Of a stretch of 32,000 nucleotides of DNA, positions 7,895-17,503 are shown piece after piece. The notes beneath the pieces were generated by a model. It ran no database searches. It worked only from the letters and a program-made list of their open reading frames with translations, and had not been told where the DNA came from. A program made the translations under genes and the position numbers. Within the stretch, counting starts at the first letter, position 1; every line of letters begins with the position of its first letter. The DNA is from Geobacter metallireducens GS-15 (GTDB lineage: Bacteria > Desulfobacterota > Desulfuromonadia > Geobacterales > Geobacteraceae), in the NCBI RefSeq assembly GCF_000012925.1, contig NC_007517.1:60001-92000 (forward strand), given 5' to 3'.

Positions 7895-10165
7895 ATGGAA
7901 CCGATCATTACCGTAAAAGAGAAGTGCCGTAAATGCTACTGCTGTGTCCGGAGTTGCCCGGTCAAGGCGATCAAGGTGGCCAAGAGCTACACCGAGATCA
8001 TCGTCGACCGGTGCATCGGCTGCGGCAACTGTCTCAGCAACTGCCCCCAGCAGGCAAAGATGGTGGCCGACAAGGTGGGGGTGACCGAAAAGCTCCTCTC
8101 CTCGGGGGAGGAAGTTATCGCCGTGCTCGGATCCTCTTTTCCCGCCTTTTTCCACAATGTTACCCCCGGTCAGTTGGTGGCGGGCCTCAGGAAGATCGGC
8201 TTTGCCGAGGTCCACGAAGGATCCTATGGGGCCGAACTGATTGCCGACGATTATGCCCGAATCACGTCGGAAAAGGGACACCCCCGTATCTCGTCCCACT
8301 GCCCTGCCATCGTCGATCTCATCGAGCGCCACTACCCGAAGCTCGTGGGGAACCTCGTGCCGGTGGTGTCCCCCATGGTGGCCATGGGGCGGTATCTCAA
8401 GGGGACCCTGGGGCAGCACGTGAGGGTTGTCTACATAAGCTCCTGCGTTGCCAACAAGCTGGAAACGCAGACCCAGGAGACCCGCGGCGCCGTTGACATC
8501 GTTCTGACCTACCGGGAACTGGAGGGTATCTTCCGGAGCCGCCAGATAGCCCTGCCGGCCCTTGCCGACGAGCCCCTCGACGGAATCAGGCCGGGGGCCG
8601 GCCGGCTTTTTCCCATTGCCGACGGGACGTTCCGGGCCTTCGGCATCCCTTTTGATCCCCTGGACACCGAGATCGTCGCCGCCTGTGGCGAGGTGAACGT
8701 CATGGGTATCATCAATGACCTGGCAGCTGGCCGCATCTCCCCCCGGATCGCCGACCTCCGTTTCTGCTACGACGGCTGCATCGGCGGCCCCGGCAGAAAC
8801 CGGGCGCTTACGGAGTTTTACCGCCGCAACCGGGTGATTGCCCACTTCAAGCAGGAGGTCCCCTGCCGGACGGTCCCCAATTCCCTCCTTGAGGCAGGGC
8901 GGGTCTCCTTTGGCCGCAGCTTCGCCAGCAAGTACGCGAAACTGGAGGCCCCCAAGGCGAACGACGTCCGCAAGATCCTCAACGCCACCAACAAGTTCAC
9001 GGTGAAGGACGAGCTCAACTGCCGGGCCTGCGGTTACCGCACCTGCCGCGAGTACGCTGTGGCAGTCTTTCAGGGGCTCGCGGAGATTGAGATGTGCCTC
9101 CCTTACAACCTCCAGCAACTGGAGGAGGACCGGGGGCGCCTCATTCAGAAGTACGAGTTGGCGCGGCGGGAACTGGAACGGGAGTACGGGGACGAGTTCA
9201 TCGTGGGCAACGACCGCAAGACCCTGGATGTGCTCGGCCTCATCAAACAGGTGGGACCCACCCCCACAACGGTTCTCATTCGGGGGGAGTCAGGTACCGG
9301 CAAGGAGCTCACCGCCCGGGCGATCCACCGCTACAGCAAGCGCAACGACAAACCGCTGGTTACCGTCAACTGCACCACTATCACCGACTCTCTCCTGGAG
9401 AGCGAACTCTTTGGCCACAAGCGGGGAGCCTTCACCGGTGCCGTTGCCGACAAGAAAGGGCTCTTTGAGGCCGCCGACGGGGGGACGATCTTCCTCGATG
9501 AGATCGGCGACATAACCCCCAAGCTCCAGGCGGAGCTCTTGCGGGTTCTCGATATGGGGGAGGTGCGCCCCGTGGGGGGGACTGCAGCAAAAAAGGTGGA
9601 TGTGCGCCTCATTGCCGCCACCAACAAGAACCTGGAACAGGGGGTCCGCGAGGGGTGGTTCCGGGAGGATCTCTATTACCGGCTCAACGTCTTCACCATT
9701 ACCATGCCCCCCCTGCGAAGCCGCGTCGAGTCGATTCCCATTCTGGTCCACCACTTTATGGACAAGGCAAGCACCAAGCTCAACAAGCGGATGGTCGGCA
9801 TCGAGGACCGTGCCGTCAAGGCGCTCACAAAGTACCCGTGGCCCGGCAATATCCGTGAGATGCAGAACGTCATCGAGCGGGCTGCCGTTCTCACCCATGA
9901 CGGCGTGATCCGGGTCGAGAACTTTCCCCTTGCCCTCTCTGAGGGGCTTGAGGAGGGGTTCGCCACGGGGCTCGACATCCACGCAGCATCGTTTCGGTCC
10001 GAGCGGGAGCAACATATGGGGAAGCTGGAGAAAAAGCTTATACAGCGCTACCTGACGGAGGCCAACGGCAATATTTCGCGGGCGGCGAAGCTGGCAAACA
10101 TCCCCCGGCGGACCTTTTATCGGCTTCTCGATAAGTACCGCCTCAGGGAACGGGATGTTCGCTAA
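7895..10165 (+). CDS. Sigma54-dependent transcriptional activator with N-terminal 2x[4Fe-4S] ferredoxin and [FeFe]-hydrogenase-like sensor domains and a C-terminal Fis-type HTH
   Basis: Ferredoxin motifs CRKCYCCVRSCP and CIGCGNCLSNCP. Hydrogenase-like motifs SSHCPA, SSCVANKLE and FCYDGCIGGPG, plus a CRACGYRTC Fe-S-like motif. AAA+ core with GESGTGKE, GAFTGA and ESELFGH. HTH NISRAAKLANIPRRTFYRLL. The ATG at 7895 follows GGGAG. The ORF-track start at 7793 is a GTG inside motif site B. Confidence 0.85.
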   Translation: MEPIITVKEKCRKCYCCVRSCPVKAIKVAKSYTEIIVDRCIGCGNCLSNCPQQAKMVADKVGVTEKLLSSGEEVIAVLGSSFPAFFHNVTPGQLVAGLRKIGFAEVHEGSYGAELIADDYARITSEKGHPRISSHCPAIVDLIERHYPKLVGNLVPVVSPMVAMGRYLKGTLGQHVRVVYISSCVANKLETQTQETRGAVDIVLTYRELEGIFRSRQIALPALADEPLDGIRPGAGRLFPIADGTFRAFGIPFDPLDTEIVAACGEVNVMGIINDLAAGRISPRIADLRFCYDGCIGGPGRNRALTEFYRRNRVIAHFKQEVPCRTVPNSLLEAGRVSFGRSFASKYAKLEAPKANDVRKILNATNKFTVKDELNCRACGYRTCREYAVAVFQGLAEIEMCLPYNLQQLEEDRGRLIQKYELARRELEREYGDEFIVGNDRKTLDVLGLIKQVGPTPTTVLIRGESGTGKELTARAIHRYSKRNDKPLVTVNCTTITDSLLESELFGHKRGAFTGAVADKKGLFEAADGGTIFLDEIGDITPKLQAELLRVLDMGEVRPVGGTAAKKVDVRLIAATNKNLEQGVREGWFREDLYYRLNVFTITMPPLRSRVESIPILVHHFMDKASTKLNKRMVGIEDRAVKALTKYPWPGNIREMQNVIERAAVLTHDGVIRVENFPLALSEGLEEGFATGLDIHAASFRSEREQHMGKLEKKLIQRYLTEANGNISRAAKLANIPRRTFYRLLDKYRLRERDVR

Positions 10166-10212
10166 CTCCTTGATGGCGCAGCGTAAACAAAGTGTGCACT
10201 TTTGGCCAACTC

Positions 10213-10230
10213 TGTGCCATCGGTGACACA
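10213..10230. promoter_or_regulatory. Site C of the 18-bp motif, in UAS position about 95-110 bp upstream of the sigma54 promoter
   Basis: TGTGCCAtcgGTGACACA, followed by an AT-rich stretch (about 10240-10320) that could accommodate DNA bending. Confidence 0.55.
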
Positions 10231-10324
10231 ATTGTGTATACAGAATATTTTATTAATTCAAACCAATGTTCTAAAAATGCAATAATTTTGAACCGTTGCG
10301 ACTGAGTTATCGATTTCCGTGTTT

Positions 10325-10340
10325 TGGCATGCAAATGGCA
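10325..10340 (+). promoter_or_regulatory. Sigma54 (-24/-12) promoter
   Basis: TGGCATgcaaaTGGCA. GG is at 10326-10327 and GC at 10338-10339, the canonical 12-nt register of TGGCACG-N4-TTGCW. It lies about 60 nt upstream of the ATG at 10400. Confidence 0.7.
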
Positions 10341-10399
10341 ATAGTGTTGTCTCATACGATTGAACGTAACCGAGCACACTATACACGGAGGAACAGACC

Positions 10400-10591
10400 A
10401 TGGGCAGAATGAGAGAAAATCCGCGGTACAACGTCATATCCATGAGAATCAGCGACGAGGAGCGTGATCGGCTCCAGCAGATAATGGAGGCAACCCAGAA
10501 GAGTGTCTCCGACATCATGCGCGAGGCCATGGAGATTTTCGCCGTTCAATTGCAAAAGACGGAGCAGCCCCACCACCAGAAGGCCGCTTAA
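10400..10591 (+). CDS. 63-aa ribbon-helix-helix (CopG/Arc-like) DNA-binding protein
   Basis: NVISMRISDEERDRLQQIMEATQKSVSDIMREAMEIF fits a beta-strand/helix/helix RHH pattern. GGAGGA sits 7 nt before the ATG. The gene is followed directly by a strong terminator. Confidence 0.65.
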   Translation: MGRMRENPRYNVISMRISDEERDRLQQIMEATQKSVSDIMREAMEIFAVQLQKTEQPHHQKAA

Positions 10592-10627
10592 GAAAAAAGG
10601 GCCGCTACTTGCGGCCCTTTTTCTTAA
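10592..10627. terminator. Bidirectional intrinsic terminator shared by the RHH gene (+) and cysS (-)
   Basis: A6-GGGCCGC-tactt-GCGGCCC-T5, nested in a near-perfect CTTAAG...CTTAAG palindrome. Confidence 0.8.
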
Positions 10628-10633
10628 GCTGAT

Positions 10634-10651
10634 TGTGCCAAAGGTGTCACA
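10634..10651. promoter_or_regulatory. Site D of the 18-bp motif, between the terminator and the cysS stop codon
   Basis: TGTGCCAaagGTGTCACA. Confidence 0.4.
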
Positions 10652-10680
10652 GGGGATGGGAATCCTGTGGCAACCATATG

Positions 10681-12138
<1,458 letters not shown>

Positions 12139-12157
12139 GCAACTAACCTCTTTGAGT

Positions 12158-13819
12158 TTATTTCTTGGTCCAGGAATCCCGCAGGGTCACCGTCCGGTTG
12201 AAGACCGGCGCCCCTGGTCGTGAATCCTTCAGGTCAACGCAGAAGTATCCCTGCCGTTCAAACTGGAAGCGGTCCTCGGCCTGGGCTGTAGCAAGGGAGG
12301 GTTCCAGCCGGCAGTCGGCCAGAATCTCCATGGATGCCGGATTCAGGTGGTCCTTCCAGTCGTCGCCGGAGGGGTTAGGGTCGGTGAAGAGCCGGTCGTA
12401 GAGGCGCACCTTCGCTGTTTCGGCGTGGCGGGCCGACACCCAGTGGATGACCCCCTTCACCTTCCGCTCGGACCCTGGGAGACCGCTGCGGGTTTCGGGA
12501 TCGTAGGTACAGCGGACCGCGGTGACGGCGCCCTCGGCATCCTTCTCCACGTCGACGCACTTAATGATGTATGCCCCCCGCAGCCGGATCTCCTCCCCGG
12601 GGGAGAGGCGCTTGAATCCCTTGGGGGGAACTTCCGCAAAATCATCCTGCTCGATGAAGAGCTCGCTGCAGAAGGGGACCACCCGGCTCCCCAGCTCAGG
12701 CTTCTGGGGGTGGTACGGGATGGTGAGCTCCTCCGCCTCCCCTTCCGGATAATCCTCTATGACGAGCCGCAGGGGCTTCAGCACCGCCATGACCCGGGGT
12801 GCCCGCTCGTTCAGGTCCTGGCGAACGCTCTCCTCCAGGATGCTCATGTCGATCCAGCTGTCGCTCCGCCCCACGCCGATGGTCTCGCAGAAGTTTCTGA
12901 CCGCCTCGGGAGTGTAGCCACGGCGCCGGATCCCCATGATGGTAGGCATGCGCGGGTCGTCCCAGCCGGAGACGTCGCCGTCCTTCACCAACTGCAGGAG
13001 CTTGCGCTTGCTCATGACCGCGTAGGTGAGGTTCAGGCGCGCGAACTCGTACTGGCGGGGGCGGTTGGGCACCGGCAGGTTGTCCAGGAACCACTCGTAG
13101 AGAGGCTTGTGGTCCTCGAACTCCAGGGTGCAGATGGAGTGGGTGATCCCCTCGATGGCGTCGGACTGGCCGTGGGCGTAGTCGTACATGGGGTAGATGC
13201 GCCAGGCGTCACCCACGTGGGGGTGGGAGGCGTGGATGATCCGGTACATGACCGGGTCCCGGAGGTTCATGTTGGGGGAGGCCATGTCTATCTTCGCCCG
13301 GAGCACCTTGGCGCCGTCGGGAAACTCCCCGGCCCGCATCCGGCGGAAAAGATCCAGGTTCTCCTCCGGGGAGCGGTTGCGCCAGGGGCTCTCCTTCCCC
13401 GCCTCGGTCAGGGTGCCGCGGTGGGCCCGGATCTCCTCGGCCGTCAGGTCGTCCACGTAGGCCTTCCCCTGGAGGATTAGGTGCTCTGCCCACTGGTAGA
13501 GCTGCTCGAAGTACTCGGAGGCGTAGTAGAGGTGCGTCCCCCATGAGAAGCCGAGCCACCGCACGCTTTCCTTGATGGATTCCACATACTCGGTTTCTTC
13601 CTTTACCGGGTTCGTGTCGTCGAAGCGGAGGTGGCAGCGGCCCCCGAACTCCTTTGCCAGGCCGAAGTTCAGGCAGATGGACTTGGCGTGGCCGATGTGG
13701 AGATAGCCGTTGGGCTCAGGGGGGAAGCGGGTGACGATGGTTTCGCGTTTGCCGCCCTTCAGGTCCTCCTGAACGATGGTGCGGAGGAAGTTGGCGGTGT
13801 GGGGCGTTTCGGTTGACAT
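12158..13819 (-). CDS. glnS: Glutamine--tRNA ligase
   Basis: [29 protein letters not shown], and the length (553 aa) and C-terminal anticodon-binding region typical of GlnRS. Confidence 0.93.
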   Translation of the reverse strand: MSTETPHTANFLRTIVQEDLKGGKRETIVTRFPPEPNGYLHIGHAKSICLNFGLAKEFGGRCHLRFDDTNPVKEETEYVESIKESVRWLGFSWGTHLYYASEYFEQLYQWAEHLILQGKAYVDDLTAEEIRAHRGTLTEAGKESPWRNRSPEENLDLFRRMRAGEFPDGAKVLRAKIDMASPNMNLRDPVMYRIIHASHPHVGDAWRIYPMYDYAHGQSDAIEGITHSICTLEFEDHKPLYEWFLDNLPVPNRPRQYEFARLNLTYAVMSKRKLLQLVKDGDVSGWDDPRMPTIMGIRRRGYTPEAVRNFCETIGVGRSDSWIDMSILEESVRQDLNERAPRVMAVLKPLRLVIEDYPEGEAEELTIPYHPQKPELGSRVVPFCSELFIEQDDFAEVPPKGFKRLSPGEEIRLRGAYIIKCVDVEKDAEGAVTAVRCTYDPETRSGLPGSERKVKGVIHWVSARHAETAKVRLYDRLFTDPNPSGDDWKDHLNPASMEILADCRLEPSLATAQAEDRFQFERQGYFCVDLKDSRPGAPVFNRTVTLRDSWTKK

Positions 13820-13855
13820 GGACTCGATCCTTTGGACGTGATTTCAGGGGGGGCG

Positions 13856-14329
13856 CTACCTGCGCTCCATGAGGACCACCGCATAAGCGGCGATTCCCTC
13901 GCCTCGGCCGGCAAAGCCGAGTTGCTCGGTGGTAGTGGCCTTGACGTTGATCCGATCGATCTCAGCGATGAGGTCTTCGGCGAGATTCGCGCGCATCTCC
14001 GGGATGAAGGGAGCCAGCTTGGGGCGCTGGGCCACGATGGTGGCATCCACGTTGCCGAGGACATATCCCTTCTGGCCGGCCAGGGCCATGACGTGGCGCA
14101 GGAGCTTGCGGCTGTCGGCCCCCTTGAACTGGGGGTCGGTGTCGGGGAAGTGCTTCCCGATGTCCCCAAGGGCCAACGCCCCGAGGATGGCGTCGGCGAT
14201 GGCATGGAGGAGGACGTCGGCGTCCGAGTGTCCCAAAAGCCCCCGTTCGTAGGGAACATCAACTCCTCCGAGAATCAGTTTCCGCCCCTCCACGAGGCAA
14301 TGGACGTCGTAGCCGTGCCCGATTCTCAT
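13856..14329 (-). CDS. ispF: 2-C-methyl-D-erythritol 2,4-cyclodiphosphate synthase
   Basis: [23 protein letters not shown]...[19 protein letters not shown] overlap with ispD. Confidence 0.95.
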   Translation of the reverse strand: MRIGHGYDVHCLVEGRKLILGGVDVPYERGLLGHSDADVLLHAIADAILGALALGDIGKHFPDTDPQFKGADSRKLLRHVMALAGQKGYVLGNVDATIVAQRPKLAPFIPEMRANLAEDLIAEIDRINVKATTTEQLGFAGRGEGIAAYAVVLMERR

Positions 14330-15024
14330 GGCAGCTTCTCCTTGATGAACGCTTCTGCCAGAACCATATCCTCCGGCGTCGTGATCTTAACGTTGCGGTA
14401 GTCTCCCAGAACGATCCGTACCTGTCGCCCCAGGCGTTCCACGAGCATGGCGTCGTCGGTGCCGAGGAACCGCTCGGCGTCGGCCACCTCGTGGGCTGCG
14501 CGGATGACGCCGTAGCGGAAGGCCTGGGGAGTCTGGGCGAGCCAGAGGGTCTCCCGTGACGGCGTTGCGGTGATGATGCCGTCCTCCACCACCTTCACCG
14601 TGTCCTTGGCCGGTACCGCCACAAGGGCTCCGTCGTTTTCCCGGGCCGTTGCGGTTGCCCGGCCGAGGATATCCTCCGTGACAAAGGGGCGGACCCCGTC
14701 GTGGATGAGAATCACGTCGTACTCCCCCGCCGTCCCCTCCATGGCCCGCAGGCCGTTCAGTACCGACTGCTGACGCTCGGCTCCGCCGGCAACGATGCTC
14801 CGCACCTTCGAAAAGCCGTGCCGCTCCACCACCTGCTCCCGGCAGAAAGGGATCTCGTCCGCTGGAATCACGACGAAGATGCCGTCCACCAGGGGGGAGC
14901 GCTCGAAGACTTCCAGGGTGCGGGCAAGGATCGGCATTCCGCCCAGGAGCAGATACTGCTTGTTGATGGAGGCACCCATCCGCTTGCCCATGCCTGCCGC
15001 TGGAATCAGGGCGAAAACTGCCAT
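14326..15024 (-). CDS. ispD: 2-C-methyl-D-erythritol 4-phosphate cytidylyltransferase
   Basis: [13 protein letters not shown]-terminal motif, 232 aa, immediately upstream of ispF. Confidence 0.93.
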   Translation of the reverse strand: MAVFALIPAAGMGKRMGASINKQYLLLGGMPILARTLEVFERSPLVDGIFVVIPADEIPFCREQVVERHGFSKVRSIVAGGAERQQSVLNGLRAMEGTAGEYDVILIHDGVRPFVTEDILGRATATARENDGALVAVPAKDTVKVVEDGIITATPSRETLWLAQTPQAFRYGVIRAAHEVADAERFLGTDDAMLVERLGRQVRIVLGDYRNVKITTPEDMVLAEAFIKEKLP

Positions 15025-15080
15025 GTGTCGACCTCATTACGGGCCGGTGCGCTGCGGGAGCAGCCGGCCGGAATTATCCG

Positions 15081-15088
15081 ATTATACA
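15081..15088 (-). promoter_or_regulatory. Extended -10 element (TGTATAAT) upstream of ispD
   Basis: The minus strand reads TGTATAAT about 57 nt upstream of the ispD ATG. No good -35 is seen. Confidence 0.35.
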
Positions 15089-15139
15089 AAAGGATAGGCA
15101 AAAGACCAGACAAAAGTCGCGCCACAACGGTAGGAGTTC

Positions 15140-16528
15140 CTAGTCGGCAAGACTGCTGAGGGCCGCGGCTATGAACGGGATATCGTCATCCTGGAGGGTG
15201 CGGACATCGAGGAGGAACCGTCCCCTGTGGATGCGGCCGGTGACCGGAACCTCCATTCCCCGGAGGCGGATTTCCATCTCCTGGGGAGAGATGCCGTCGG
15301 CCTCCATGGCCATGAGGGTCGTTGGCAGTTCGAGGAGGGGATAGGCTCCTCCCCCCACCTGGGAGATGCCGCTGGTGAGGGTGAGTCGGATGTCCGGCGG
15401 GGATGCCCGGCGGATGCGTCGCGCAAAGCTCCTGGCACGGGTCGCCAGCTCCGCGGCCGACGCGGTAAGCATCCGGAGGGTCGGGATCTCGGCCAGGGCC
15501 AGCCGTTCGTCCCGGTAGAGGCGGAGCGTTCCTTCCAGTGCAGCCAGGGTCAGCTTGTCGATCCGCAGCGCCCGCAGGAGGGGATGCTGCGTGAGGGGAG
15601 CGATGAATTCCCTGCGGCCGACGATGATCCCTGCCTGGGGGCCGCCGAGGAGCTTGTCGCCGCTGAAGGTGATGACGTCGACTCCCGCCTTGACGAATTC
15701 CTGAACCGTCGGCTCGCCCCGGATGCCGAAGGGAGAGAGGTCCAGGAGGCATCCACTCCCGATGTCGGCCATGACCGGCACGGAATGCTCTTTGCCGATG
15801 GCGACAAGCTCGGTGGCGGACACTTCGGCAGTAAAGCCGACCACGGCAAAATTGCTGGAATGGACCTTGAGGAGAAGCGCCGTCTGCTCCGAGACCGCCT
15901 GGTGGTAGTCGCGGGGATGGGTCCGGTTGGTGGTCCCCACCTCCCGGAGAATAGCGCCTCCCTGCCCCATGACATCGGGAATGCGGAAGGACCCCCCAAT
16001 CTCCACCAGTTCCCCCCGGGAAACGACGACTTCCTTCCCGGCCGCCAGGGCCGACAGGGCAAGGAGCACGGCGGCAGCGTTATTGTTCACCACCAGGGCC
16101 GCCTCGGCACCGGTCAGGTCGCAGAGAAGCCGTTCCACGTGGCTGTAACGGCTTCCCCGCTCTCCCTTTTCCAGGTCGAATTCGAGGTTGGAGTAGCCGA
16201 AGGCGATCTCGTCCAGGAGCGGTTTCACCCGCTTCGACAGGGGGGAGCGCCCCAGGTTCGTATGGATCACGACGCCGGTCCCGTTGACCACACGCCGCAG
16301 ACTGAAGGCGGTCGAGCGGGCAACTTCCCGCTCGATTCTCGACGCTACCGCACCTTCGAGCAGTTCCTCTTCCTTGAGAAAGCCGCTGCGGGCAGCGGTG
16401 CGGAGGGAGTCAAGAACGGACCTGACAGCGTTGAGGACGGTCGGGCGGGGATGAATGCCGAGAAGGACCTTGGTCCCATCCCATTCGAGAATTTTGTCAA
16501 CTTTGGGGATACGCGCAAAGAGCGTCAC
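15140..16528 (-). CDS. selA: L-seryl-tRNA(Sec) selenium transferase
   Basis: FSGDKLLGGPQAGIIVG (PLP-lysine region) and SRGELVEIGGSFRIPD. The GTG at 16528 follows GAGGA at 6 nt and gives an N-terminus (VTLFARIPKVDKIL) of typical SelA length. The ORF-track start at 16579 is another GTG and remains possible. Confidence 0.88.
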   Translation of the reverse strand: MTLFARIPKVDKILEWDGTKVLLGIHPRPTVLNAVRSVLDSLRTAARSGFLKEEELLEGAVASRIEREVARSTAFSLRRVVNGTGVVIHTNLGRSPLSKRVKPLLDEIAFGYSNLEFDLEKGERGSRYSHVERLLCDLTGAEAALVVNNNAAAVLLALSALAAGKEVVVSRGELVEIGGSFRIPDVMGQGGAILREVGTTNRTHPRDYHQAVSEQTALLLKVHSSNFAVVGFTAEVSATELVAIGKEHSVPVMADIGSGCLLDLSPFGIRGEPTVQEFVKAGVDVITFSGDKLLGGPQAGIIVGRREFIAPLTQHPLLRALRIDKLTLAALEGTLRLYRDERLALAEIPTLRMLTASAAELATRARSFARRIRRASPPDIRLTLTSGISQVGGGAYPLLELPTTLMAMEADGISPQEMEIRLRGMEVPVTGRIHRGRFLLDVRTLQDDDIPFIAAALSSLAD

Positions 16529-16633
16529 GGGGGCGTCCTCTGTCTGGGGAGGTGGAGGTTGTGGAACGAGAAACCTCACTACCAGATCGATGCCGGCCTG
16601 TCAAGGCCGCCCCGTGACAGGGAAAAGGAAGTG

Positions 16634-17338
16634 TTAGAGGTCGAGATGGAGGGCGGCTGCGCGCTCCGCCGGCTTGAGGGGAGGCGCTCCGTCGTTCTGC
16701 ATGAGGACCTTGCCGCCGTACTCGGCGTTTTTCCGGACGAGAACTTCGGCCTTGTCCGGGTCCCGCTTGAGGAAAGCCTCGATGATTTTATCGTGCTCCT
16801 GCACCGATATCTTCATCCGTCCGGGTAGGCTCAGGGACGCGTAGCGCAGGCGCTGGAACTTGCGAACGAGGTTTGTAATCAGTTCGTAGAGCTTTTCGTT
16901 GTCGGCTGCCTTGAGGAAAAGATCGTGAAAGTCATTATGGATTCGAAAGAAGTGCTTGATGTCACCGTCGTCGGCCATGTGCCGAAGCCGGTCATTGATG
17001 TTGCGGAGTCGCTCGATATCCTTCGAGGAGAGTTTTTCGCAGGCCCGGCGGGCCGCATACCCTTCGAGGATGCTCTTGATGGCGTAAAATTCCTCCACAT
17101 CCCGGGGGGAGAAGGCCGTTACCACAGCACCCTTGCGGGGGATGACGGTCAGGTACCCTTCCGACTCCAGCTGGCGGAACGCCTCGCGGATCGGGGTGCG
17201 GCTGATGCCGAAACGCTCGGCGAGGTCGGGCTCGGCAACCTTTTCCCCCGGCCTGAGCGCGCCGGTCATGATGGCGTCGCGGATGGTTTCGAGTATCTTT
17301 TCCCTGAGGGTCAGGTGCTTTTCCAGCGTTTTTTTCAT
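16634..17338 (-). CDS. GntR-family (FadR/FCD subtype) transcriptional regulator
   Basis: Winged-helix region LAERFGISRTPIREAFRQLESEGYL, followed by an all-helical FCD-like C-terminal domain. Confidence 0.88.
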   Translation of the reverse strand: MKKTLEKHLTLREKILETIRDAIMTGALRPGEKVAEPDLAERFGISRTPIREAFRQLESEGYLTVIPRKGAVVTAFSPRDVEEFYAIKSILEGYAARRACEKLSSKDIERLRNINDRLRHMADDGDIKHFFRIHNDFHDLFLKAADNEKLYELITNLVRKFQRLRYASLSLPGRMKISVQEHDKIIEAFLKRDPDKAEVLVRKNAEYGGKVLMQNDGAPPLKPAERAAALHLDL

Positions 17339-17367
17339 TGAATCACTCCGGTAGGGGGTGCTTGCTT

Positions 17368-17395
17368 ATTGTATACAGTATACAAGAATTGTCAA
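17368..17395 (-). promoter_or_regulatory. Promoter of the GntR gene with an embedded perfect palindromic operator
   Basis: Minus strand: TTGACA (17395-17390), a 16-nt spacer, then TACAAT (17373-17368). The 17-bp palindrome TTGTATAC-A-GTATACAA (17369-17385) covers the spacer and -10 and matches the GntR-type GT-Nx-AC pattern. Confidence 0.65.
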
Positions 17396-17503
17396 GCAGG
17401 AGTTAACATGGCCTAAAAAAAAGAAAAAAGAGCGGTTCGTGGCCCGGTTACGCTCTTGCCAAGGAGGCTGGTCCGATAGTATCTTGAGTGCGAAAGAGAG
17501 GCC

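Noticed and set aside
10235-10242. TGTATACA core, shared with the GntR operator at 17369-17385, found between site C and the sigma54 promoter.
   Set aside because: A single 8-bp palindrome is expected about once by chance in 64 kb of two-strand sequence, and only one half of the 17-bp operator is present.
10383-10392. ACACGGAGGA, which resembles the CACGGAGA octamer repeat.
   Set aside because: It is a single unit that coincides with the GGAGGA Shine-Dalgarno sequence of the RHH gene, so the ribosome-binding site explains it better.
12158-13819. Co-occurrence of glnS with gatA/gatB as a possible redundancy.
   Set aside because: Bacteria that have GlnRS commonly keep GatCAB for Asn-tRNA(Asn) synthesis, so this is not anomalous. 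Nothing in the window decides whether asnS is present.
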